Assembly (NCBI GenBank): GCA_035275625.1
Contig: DATEMK010000564.1
Span: 1-44,011, forward strand
DNA length: 44,011 bases
From: Bacteroidia bacterium
GTDB lineage: Bacteria > Bacteroidota > Bacteroidia > AKYH767-A > OLB10
Direction: 5' to 3'
Part shown: in pieces, positions 35,583-43,262 of the stretch
How positions within the stretch are numbered: the stretch's first letter is position 1
Layout: each line of letters starts with the position of its first letter
The notes under the pieces: generated by a model
The model's database searches: none
Seen by the model: the letters and a program-made list of their open reading frames with translations, nothing else
What the model was told of the DNA's origin: nothing
Made by a program: the position numbers and the translations under genes

Positions 35583-37034
35583 ATGCATACTCTTTCCATA
35601 ATAATATTAAAAACTGAAGAGAAGTATAATGCCTGGCGCGAAAAAACGAAAAAAAATTTCGGTGTAATTTTTTTGGGATCATTGTTTTTTACTGCAGCAA
35701 CTTTATTAGTTACCGTTTATTTAAGCTATTGGTTTAGCGTTGAATCTTTATATGGTGAGTTTACAGGAATAAAGCGTTGGGGGATTTTTGGCAATCATTT
35801 TAAACAACGTGATTTTATTGAAAGCAATTTTCTTTTATTGGATGTGAATCATGATATTTCAGCGGCATATTCCGATTTTGACATTTCTGATAAAGACATT
35901 GATAAAATTCCTTTGGTGGGCGTACCAAACAGGAAAAAATTGGCTACTGTATTAAAATGGCTTTATGCTAATCAAAATTTATACGAAGTGATAATCAGCG
36001 ATGTCCTATTCACCAAAAAATCATTGGCTTATCCTGAAAAATTACCGAAGCATTATTATGATTCATTATCAAAATCATATCGAGATACAGTACTCTTGAC
36101 TTATATAAATTATGATGACAGTATTATACGATATTTTGATTTGCTTGATTCAAAACGCAAAATTATTGCAGCCGGAGAGTATAATGGAAATGCATTCGAA
36201 AAGGATATTTTATCCGGATCCCACTTTAATCCTGATAGCAGAGGATACGTAAATTGCAGTGATGATGAACAAACCCGGTTCCTGAATTATAAATTAGCAC
36301 GTTGCAATTCGAAAAATAAAACATTTTTGAGCTTACCACTTAAAATGTATGAAAGGATAAATCATAAAACAATTTCAGCTAATGGCAGGGAATTGACACT
36401 TAATATTGCTGACTCAGATAACCGGAAAAAAAAATTTAAATTTTGGGGCTTTTATTTGAATCAATTTGTTCCTGAATTTTATTATAATCAAAAGGATATT
36501 GATAATTTGTTAACTTATGCAAAGTCTGAATTCCCAGATTCAGAAAGAGTATCCTTAATTACCTTAAATGAATCTTATGTTTATCCAGAGCGTATTAAAA
36601 AAATCCTTTTAAGTGATCAAGGGAATAGAAAAAGCATATTTATCGGCTCGTTTGACCGCAATCAATCCGATAAGCATGATGTTTTACAGGCGGGAATGAT
36701 GAATGGATCATCTATCATATTGAATGTATATTACAATTTGCGGAAACAGCAGAACAAATTAAGTATCGTTTTGATTATTTCGCTTATCGTCTTATATTTT
36801 ATAATTCTTTCTATTTACGTAAGCCAAACCATAAATAATATTATTCTAACCATTGTAGCACATATTGGGCATGAATTGCATTATTATGGCCTCGCTTTTT
36901 TGTTAATCATTGTATCATTTTGTTTTAATGTTACTATGAGAATTATTGTACTTGAAGTTTTGCTATTTATTGCAGGATTACTTTTAAGGGGATTTAAAAT
37001 AGTTATTAAGAAAAAGCAAAGTCATGGGGAGTAA
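35583..37034 (+). CDS. CHASE2-like extracytoplasmic sensor-domain membrane protein without any output domain
   Basis: One N-terminal TM, an ectodomain of about 330 aa, then 3 C-terminal TMs and a stop. Ectodomain blocks match CHASE2 as I recall it: FLLLDVNHD...VPNRKKLATVLKWL...VIISDVLF, then GYVNCSDDEQTRFLNYKL...FLSLPLKMY, then SIFIGSFDRNQSDKHDV...MMNGSSIILNVYYNL. Confidence 0.6.
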   Translation: MHTLSIIILKTEEKYNAWREKTKKNFGVIFLGSLFFTAATLLVTVYLSYWFSVESLYGEFTGIKRWGIFGNHFKQRDFIESNFLLLDVNHDISAAYSDFDISDKDIDKIPLVGVPNRKKLATVLKWLYANQNLYEVIISDVLFTKKSLAYPEKLPKHYYDSLSKSYRDTVLLTYINYDDSIIRYFDLLDSKRKIIAAGEYNGNAFEKDILSGSHFNPDSRGYVNCSDDEQTRFLNYKLARCNSKNKTFLSLPLKMYERINHKTISANGRELTLNIADSDNRKKKFKFWGFYLNQFVPEFYYNQKDIDNLLTYAKSEFPDSERVSLITLNESYVYPERIKKILLSDQGNRKSIFIGSFDRNQSDKHDVLQAGMMNGSSIILNVYYNLRKQQNKLSIVLIISLIVLYFIILSIYVSQTINNIILTIVAHIGHELHYYGLAFLLIIVSFCFNVTMRIIVLEVLLFIAGLLLRGFKIVIKKKQSHGE

Positions 37035-37347
37035 CCGCTGAAAAAAAATAATTTGATTTTTTAAATCCGTTTTATAGCCTTTATGAAAAATGAAGTATTT
37101 GCAACTTTATTCAGATAAACTTCAATCTTCCGGCAAAATGAATTGATCAGTGTATGATTCCTCACGAATTATTTTTGATATAAAAGAGAGATCATCAGGA
37201 TTGATTCTTTTTAAAAATAAATTTGACACCCGTTTGGGATTTTTATCCTGTATTACAATCTCTGTCGCTTTGATTAACGACTGAAATATGGATCTGTCAA
37301 TTATTCGATTGTAATATGGAAACGAATACCCGGGAGCTACCCAGTTT

Positions 37348-37674
37348 ATGGAAACAGCACCAGATTTTTACAATGAGCTGATTGCGTCATTTGAAATTAA
37401 CGATTACCCGACTCATTATACTGAGTTTGATATCCTGACAAGAGATAAAGCAACGGGAGAAGCATTGGGCGGAGTGAAAATTACTGCTACTTGTACAAAG
37501 GGCAGCATGGAGCAATTTTCGAACCCGGAAGGTGCCGCAGATTTTATCCAGTTTAAGCCGACCTGGTGGACGCTTACTTACGAATGTCCCGGTTATGAAA
37601 AACTGGTAATGCCAAACCAGAAGGCTGAAAAAGGAGTCAAGATGAGCCTTGTGGCTGAACTTGTAAAGATTTAA
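37348..37674 (+). CDS. Small protein with a carboxypeptidase-regulatory-like (prealbumin-fold) segment; possibly a gene fragment
   Basis: ILTRDKATGEALGGVKITAT...NPEGAADF resembles the CarboxypepD_reg pattern. No signal peptide. A strong terminator follows. Confidence 0.45.
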   Translation: METAPDFYNELIASFEINDYPTHYTEFDILTRDKATGEALGGVKITATCTKGSMEQFSNPEGAADFIQFKPTWWTLTYECPGYEKLVMPNQKAEKGVKMSLVAELVKI

Positions 37675-37698
37675 GTGATTTTAATTTGTTAAATTGTT

Positions 37699-37728
37699 AA
37701 TCCCGGGGTAGTGCCCGGGATTTTTTTT
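37699..37728 (+). terminator. Rho-independent terminator
   Basis: Stem TCCCGGG / CCCGGGA (7 bp), loop GTAGTG, then 8 T. Flanking A residues allow bidirectional function. Confidence 0.85.
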
Positions 37729-37781
37729 ACACCCATGACCCAAAAAGAGGACTGAACAGAAAATCCAGAAAACGGTTTCTT

Positions 37782-38072
37782 TTAATTAATAGCCGGATTG
37801 GGAAAACGTGTGTTATTTTCCCAGCAATAAACAAGATTGTTCAGCAAACTGCGCATCCAACTGGATCCGCGGTTGATTAAATCTTTGCCGGTTGCCTGGA
37901 GGCGGATGCGGAATTTAAACCTGTCGAGGTCAATTTCGGGTTGTGACAAATCGGGATCAATGAGCACTTCTCCGTCATAGTCAACAACTAAATTGTGGTT
38001 GGGTGTGGAAGCATCACACTGGCTCAGCAGCTTGTTTAGCTCCTGGATGGATGGATTGATGAACAGATTCAT
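37782..38072 (-). CDS. Hypothetical 96-aa protein
   Basis: ORF only; no motif recognised. Confidence 0.35.
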   Translation of the reverse strand: MNLFINPSIQELNKLLSQCDASTPNHNLVVDYDGEVLIDPDLSQPEIDLDRFKFRIRLQATGKDLINRGSSWMRSLLNNLVYCWENNTRFPNPAIN

Positions 38073-38243
38073 AGATGTGTTGTTTTAAAAATGTGAAATG
38101 TTAAGAACGGTTGTTAAAAACACATACGGAAAAATTATGCCAGAAGTTTTTAAGCTGGAAAAAATACAGGTTATTATTTATTGAGTGCCATATTCCACAG
38201 TTATCATCAGCAAGTGTGAACATTCATCCTCAAAATAGACGAT

Positions 38244-38285
38244 AGACCAAAGACCAAAGACCATTGACGAGTGACAAAAGTGAGT
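38244..38285. repeat. Six phase-locked heptamers (AGACCAA family)
   Basis: AGACCAA AGACCAA AGACCAT TGACGAG TGACAAA AGTGAGT, downstream of the beta-helix gene. Confidence 0.85.
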
Positions 38286-38305
38286 TTTGATCCTGAACCT
38301 TCACT

Positions 38306-40015
38306 TTAAAAATCTTTTATTTGAAATACATATCCATACTTCCATGCAGGATTATTCTGAACGCGGCAGAATTTATTTCCGTTCAAACCATTTTGCGGTG
38401 CAAATGTATTGTTGCTGTCGGATGAGTTCTCGTTCAAATCTATTTCAATAAAATAAAGCCTTTCATTTTTTCTTGAGGGAGATTTTTCATTGAACGTATT
38501 GCTGATGAAAGTACAGCCCATAAATCTTCCGAGGAAACCTCTCAGGGGAGAATCAGGGAATTGAGGAATTATTTTAACAAGGTCATTCACATAAAATTTC
38601 CAGTTGCAATGATTGAAGATTCTCTCCGAATTTCCATCTTTACTTTCAACAGTAGTTATTGCCAGTGTTTTATGAATTTCAAAATTGCAGTAATTGAATT
38701 CATAAAAATGGTCATCGGGTGGATCAATTCCGAAATCAATCAAATAACCGCCCCAAAAAGAAAGTGTGTCTTTAGCCCCTTTTCTCCAGTCAGTGATGGT
38801 ACAGTTATTAAATTTCATACGGTCAGCAGAATCAATTCCGGCCACATGTGTAAATCTTCCCCTGATAATGCAATCATTGAAAACAGTTCGAATCATTCCT
38901 TTGGGCCAGATGCTCCACGAACCGGCATGAGAAGCGGAAAACTCGCAATCATTAAAAGTGATGTCCGAAACATAGGGAAAATGATTGTCAGAAATCAGTC
39001 CGCAAAACATGTTATCCAGAAATTTACAATTGGCAAATTTGATGTTCACACAACTTCCACCGGCTTCCGGCTCAATGTCAACGCCTGCTCCCGGGTTGTT
39101 GTAAAATACGGTTCCCGTATTTGAAAAGATGCCGTTAACGACATTAATATTGGTCCCCGCAGTAATGCTCAGGCCCTGCCTTGAATTGGCGGAGCAGGTA
39201 ATATTTTCAAGATGTATGCAGTCAGGATTGCCATTTGAGTAGCAAAGCATGATACCGTCACGCCCGAAATTATTGCACGTAATATTTTTTACTGTTATAT
39301 TCTTAGAACCAAATACGTCAATGCCATCATGACCTATTTGATAACCGTTGCATTCGCCAAAAAATCCTCCAAGTTTCATTTTAGTATTGTTGCCATTCAT
39401 TTCAATCTGCTCAATCGTTATGCAGGAACTGTTCTTTATGTGAATAAAAGTTCCCAGCGTGGCATAGGCGTTGTAATCCTTAGTGGTGCTGCAGGCTTCG
39501 TTTGAGGGTATATACGAAACCGGTTGCATCTGCTTATCATATCCGCCAAAAGGCAAACCGTTTTTGTATTTGATAACGGTTCGTTTGCTCCCTGAAATAA
39601 TTATGTTTTTTGCATTCTCCAATTCCATCATGTTTACACCCTTACGGGTAATGCGGATGTCATTCACAAAACTTTGCTCATTGCGCAGAGGATTGGTTAT
39701 TTTCTGACCAGGTTCAAGCTGCAATCCTACAAGATAAGTTCCCGGTGGAATGTATAATTTAAGTATAAAAGAATCGCTGCAATTTTTATTGAGCCAGTCA
39801 GAGGCAGCGAGGAAAGAAAAGGAGTCGTCATGTTTATTATTGCCTTTCGCGCCAAAGTCTGCTTTAAGATCTTTTGTGATGATCTGTAAAGGTGTTTTGC
39901 ATTGGCAATTGTTTTCAAACGCAGCCTGCTCTCCCGATTTTGCAGAGATAAAAGCTGCGACCAGGAATGTTCCGCAAATAATAACCGTGAATACTAAGAG
40001 CAGGTTTCTTTTCAT
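38306..40015 (-). CDS. Secreted right-handed parallel beta-helix protein (pectate-lyase-superfamily / tailspike-like glycanase fold)
   Basis: Signal anchor; DFGAKGNNKHDDSFSFLAA N-terminal motif. Successive PbH1-type coils: ITVKNITCNNFGRDGI, IHLENITCSANSRQGL, INVVNGIFSN, IKFANCKFLDN, ITFNDCEFS, MKFNNCTITD. Confidence 0.78.
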   Translation of the reverse strand: MKRNLLLVFTVIICGTFLVAAFISAKSGEQAAFENNCQCKTPLQIITKDLKADFGAKGNNKHDDSFSFLAASDWLNKNCSDSFILKLYIPPGTYLVGLQLEPGQKITNPLRNEQSFVNDIRITRKGVNMMELENAKNIIISGSKRTVIKYKNGLPFGGYDKQMQPVSYIPSNEACSTTKDYNAYATLGTFIHIKNSSCITIEQIEMNGNNTKMKLGGFFGECNGYQIGHDGIDVFGSKNITVKNITCNNFGRDGIMLCYSNGNPDCIHLENITCSANSRQGLSITAGTNINVVNGIFSNTGTVFYNNPGAGVDIEPEAGGSCVNIKFANCKFLDNMFCGLISDNHFPYVSDITFNDCEFSASHAGSWSIWPKGMIRTVFNDCIIRGRFTHVAGIDSADRMKFNNCTITDWRKGAKDTLSFWGGYLIDFGIDPPDDHFYEFNYCNFEIHKTLAITTVESKDGNSERIFNHCNWKFYVNDLVKIIPQFPDSPLRGFLGRFMGCTFISNTFNEKSPSRKNERLYFIEIDLNENSSDSNNTFAPQNGLNGNKFCRVQNNPAWKYGYVFQIKDF

Positions 40016-40196
40016 AAGACCGGGACTAAATTAATGAATTGGAATTGTCCCGAAGACAATGTCATTAAGTTAAGCCCGTTAAATGAAATTCGATCATATG
40101 CGTCAGCATCCCTCCCCTCCGGGGAGGTCAGGTGGGGCTTGATCAATTGTTAATTGTTTACAATTTGCTCCCGCCTCCCGGCTCCCGACTCCTGTC

Positions 40197-40204
40197 TATA
40201 TTTG
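40197..40204 (+). promoter_or_regulatory. Candidate -7 box (TATATTTG) for the AhpD-like gene
   Basis: Exact TAnnTTTG match 14 nt upstream of ATG 40219. A second ATG lies at 40228. Confidence 0.3.
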
Positions 40205-40218
40205 CTTAAATAAAATAA

Positions 40219-40569
40219 ATGATTCACATGAACATACTCGTAAAGCAATTTAACGACTACCGGCAGCGGATGAATGAAAAAATCCTTGCGGCTGATAACA
40301 CAGTTATTAAACGTTTGTATAATTTAGATACAAACACTTACCTGGAAGGGGCTCTTTCAGTAAAATCAAAAGAAATGATGGGGCTGGTGGCTTCGCTCGT
40401 TTTGCGTTGTGATGATTGTGTAAAATACCATCTTGGAAAATGCAAAGAATGTAATGTCACCACGGAGGAACTTTTTGAGATTTTTGCCGTTTGTAATATT
40501 GTAGGTGGCACAATTGTTATTCCCCATACGCGAAGAGCGGTGGAGTATTGGGAAGCGCTTGGGGATTGA
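40219..40569 (+). CDS. Carboxymuconolactone decarboxylase / AhpD-like family protein
   Basis: 116 aa with the CxxC motif in LRCDDCVKYHL, typical of the AhpD core. Confidence 0.82.
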   Translation: MIHMNILVKQFNDYRQRMNEKILAADNTVIKRLYNLDTNTYLEGALSVKSKEMMGLVASLVLRCDDCVKYHLGKCKECNVTTEELFEIFAVCNIVGGTIVIPHTRRAVEYWEALGD

Positions 40570-43112
40570 AAAATATCAGCGAATACGAATTAACAAACAG
40601 AACTTTGAACTTTAAACTTAACTCGTACATTGTAAATTGTACATCGTACATAATTAAAAAGTTTTTACTTGTCCTTTTTGGAATATTATTTTTTTCCACA
40701 ATAAGCAATGCGCAAACCTGGAGCATTTCGGGAAAAGTTATTGACGCCTTAACACGCGACCCGGTTGATTATGCGTATGTCACCGCAACGGGTGATTCAG
40801 CTTTTGCAGTTACTGATGCAGATGGAAACTATACCATATATATAAGCAGTTCTGCAAAGGCTATCGCTGTTTTAGCAGACGGCTATGCAAAATTTACCAT
40901 ACCGGTAAAAAATATTATCAGGATGACTCTGAATGTGGAGCTTACAGCCAATGCATCACGGGTGACAACTGAAGCAAATAAAGCAGGGGAGAAACCGGTG
41001 GAATATCTTGTGGAAAAAATAATTGAAAACAGGGATAAGAACGATCCTGTAAATAATGATTATTTCAGCTATCGCACGTATGAAAAAATAGAATTTGACC
41101 TTGCAAATGTTTCAGATAAGATCAAAGAAAAAAAAGTCATGAAACCGTTTGCATTTATTTTTGATAACATGGATTCCGTTACCACTAACGGGAAACCATT
41201 CCTGCCTTTCTTTTTTACTGAAACCCTTTCCGATGTATATTATGAGCATAAGCCAAAACAAAAGCGTGAAATAGTTATTGCAAGCAAAACAGCCGGGGTT
41301 GAAAACTTAACCCTGATTCAATTGCTCAAAGACATTTACCGCGACATAACAATTTATGATAATTACATCAATGTTTTCGGAAAAAGCTTTATCAGCCCTG
41401 TTTCAAATGAAGGGTTGAAACATTATGATTATTTAATCAGGGATACTACCATTATTGACGGGAAAACGTGTTATAAAATTATTTTTTCGGCAAAGAAAAA
41501 ATTCGATCTCACGTTTAATGGTGAGTTCTGGTTTCACGACACTACGTTTGCTGTTCAGCGCATCACTATGTATCTTAATAAAGATGCCATGATAAATTTT
41601 GTAGACGATTTTAAATTTGTAAAAGTTTTCAAAAATATTGATGACAATAAATGGGTGTCTGACCGTGAACAATTAGTGGTGCAGTTCTCCAACCGCGAAA
41701 AGGGAATGAGCATCATCGGGCGAAAATCACAATATTATGCAGACACAAAAATCAATCAGCCTCCGGCTGATTCAGTTTTCAAAATAACATCCACCATTCG
41801 TTTTGATCCAATGGCGTATGATCAGCCCAACAAGTTCTGGAGAGACGAACGGCTTGAAAAACTTACAGACCGTGAAAAAGATATATATGATTTAGTGGAC
41901 ACCTTAAAAAAACTGCCTGCATTCCAGATCTATGTAGGTTCGGTGGTGGTTGCATTAACCGGTTATGTGCCTTATGGCAAAATTGACTATGGCCCTTATT
42001 ATCATTTAATCACTAACAACACTTTAGAAGGAATCAGGTTCCGTTTTGGCGGGCGAACAAATGAAAAATTCAGCACGCGCTGGCAATTTGAAGGCTATGG
42101 CGCTTATGGCACATTGGACGGAACTTTCAAATACATGGGAGGGATACGTTATGCTATTAAAAGAAAACCTTTTAAGGCAATAGGCTTCCAGTATAAAAAT
42201 GATGTGGTGCAACCCGGCTTGTATGAAGGATATTTTAAAGACGAAGGATGGATTGTAATTTTATTTAAACGCAATCCTTCCGACAAAATGTGTAAAGTTG
42301 AATCTCAAAAAGTTTACTATGATGCAGCCTACCGTTCGGGATTGTCCTTTCGCCTGCAGTATCTTAAAAATCATTACACCACTGTTGGCAACATTAATTT
42401 TGATTATTATGCCAATGACAGCAGAACGATAATAAAAAATGATTTGCACACCTCGGAATTCTGGCTGAGCGCAAGATATTCTTACGGAGAAAAATTTATT
42501 GAAAAAAAATACAAGCGGTATTCGCTGGGTTCTGATAATCCTGTTTTCCAGCTAAACTACATAAAGGGTTTGAAAAATTTCCTGGATGGCGAATTCAGTT
42601 ATTCTAAAATTGCAGCGAGATTGACTGACAAGCTTAATTTATTTCCTTACGGACATTTGAATTATTCCTTTGAAGCGGGAAAAGTTTTTGGAAATGTTCC
42701 CTATCCGCTGCTGTATGTGCATCGCGGCAATGAATCGCGGCTTTTTGATTACACAGCATTTAATTTAATGAATCATTACGAGTTTGTTTCTGACAGGTAT
42801 GCAGGCGCAAGTGCTGAACATCATTTTGACGGTTTTGCTTTGCGCAGAATTCCATTGATAAGAAAATTGGACTGGCGCGAAATTGTTTCAGCCAGGATAT
42901 TGTTCGGCCATCTGTCACAGAAAAACAAAGAGATTTTATTTGATCCGGCTAATGTCTCTAACATACGTACCACACCCTATATAGAAGCCGGTGTTGGCCT
43001 TGAAAATATTTTGAAACTGATACGAATTGATGCGCTTTGGCGTTTAACCTATCTTAATAATCCCGTTGCGTCAAACTTTGGCGTACGTGCAAGCCTTCAG
43101 TTATTGTTCTGA
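40548..43112 (+). CDS. Carboxypeptidase-regulatory-like domain plus DUF5686-like outer-membrane-associated protein
   Basis: SGKVIDALTRDPVDYAYVT CarboxypepD_reg pattern after the signal peptide (I)KKFLLVLFGILFFSTISNAQ. The coordinates give the maximal ORF from TTG 40548, which overlaps the previous gene. The real start is probably TTG 40605, or ATT 40653 directly after the stutter leader. Confidence 0.78.
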   Translation: MGSAWGLKNISEYELTNRTLNFKLNSYIVNCTSYIIKKFLLVLFGILFFSTISNAQTWSISGKVIDALTRDPVDYAYVTATGDSAFAVTDADGNYTIYISSSAKAIAVLADGYAKFTIPVKNIIRMTLNVELTANASRVTTEANKAGEKPVEYLVEKIIENRDKNDPVNNDYFSYRTYEKIEFDLANVSDKIKEKKVMKPFAFIFDNMDSVTTNGKPFLPFFFTETLSDVYYEHKPKQKREIVIASKTAGVENLTLIQLLKDIYRDITIYDNYINVFGKSFISPVSNEGLKHYDYLIRDTTIIDGKTCYKIIFSAKKKFDLTFNGEFWFHDTTFAVQRITMYLNKDAMINFVDDFKFVKVFKNIDDNKWVSDREQLVVQFSNREKGMSIIGRKSQYYADTKINQPPADSVFKITSTIRFDPMAYDQPNKFWRDERLEKLTDREKDIYDLVDTLKKLPAFQIYVGSVVVALTGYVPYGKIDYGPYYHLITNNTLEGIRFRFGGRTNEKFSTRWQFEGYGAYGTLDGTFKYMGGIRYAIKRKPFKAIGFQYKNDVVQPGLYEGYFKDEGWIVILFKRNPSDKMCKVESQKVYYDAAYRSGLSFRLQYLKNHYTTVGNINFDYYANDSRTIIKNDLHTSEFWLSARYSYGEKFIEKKYKRYSLGSDNPVFQLNYIKGLKNFLDGEFSYSKIAARLTDKLNLFPYGHLNYSFEAGKVFGNVPYPLLYVHRGNESRLFDYTAFNLMNHYEFVSDRYAGASAEHHFDGFALRRIPLIRKLDWREIVSARILFGHLSQKNKEILFDPANVSNIRTTPYIEAGVGLENILKLIRIDALWRLTYLNNPVASNFGVRASLQLLF
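40600..40655. repeat. Eight phase-locked heptamers (GAACTTT to CATCGTA family)
   Basis: GAACTTT GAACTTT AAACTTA ACTCGTA CATTGTA AATTGTA CATCGTA CATAATT, followed by AAAAAG as at 16663-16668. Confidence 0.88.
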
Positions 43113-43166
43113 ATGGATACCGGAAAAAATGTAAAATTAATTTATACTATTTTCGTTCCCGTTTTA

Positions 43167-43201
43167 GTAATCAGTGATCAGTAGCCAGTAGTCAGTTGAG
43201 A
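43167..43201. repeat. Five phase-locked heptamers (GTNNTCA family) in the lptB leader
   Basis: GTAATCA GTGATCA GTAGCCA GTAGTCA GTTGAGA. The same TCAGTGATCAGTA word occurs at 13045-13057. Confidence 0.85.
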
Positions 43202-43262
43202 TAAAATTATAAATTGCTCCGAAGGAGTTCCTTCGGGATAAATCCTAAATCGTACATTCTTC

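Noticed and set aside
37125-37367. 81-codon open frame on the minus strand as a gene.
   Set aside because: It has no ATG, GTG or TTG that gives a reasonable length, and it overlaps the 108-aa ORF start. It is reported only as a possible remnant.
38561-39124. 187-aa ORF antisense to the beta-helix gene.
   Set aside because: It lies within a CDS that has clear domain repeats on the opposite strand, and it shows no motifs.
31600-40100. Calling the accessory region a mobile element or a known defence island.
   Set aside because: No integrase, transposase, recombinase, terminal repeats, or recognisable defence-gene hallmarks could be read from the sequence.
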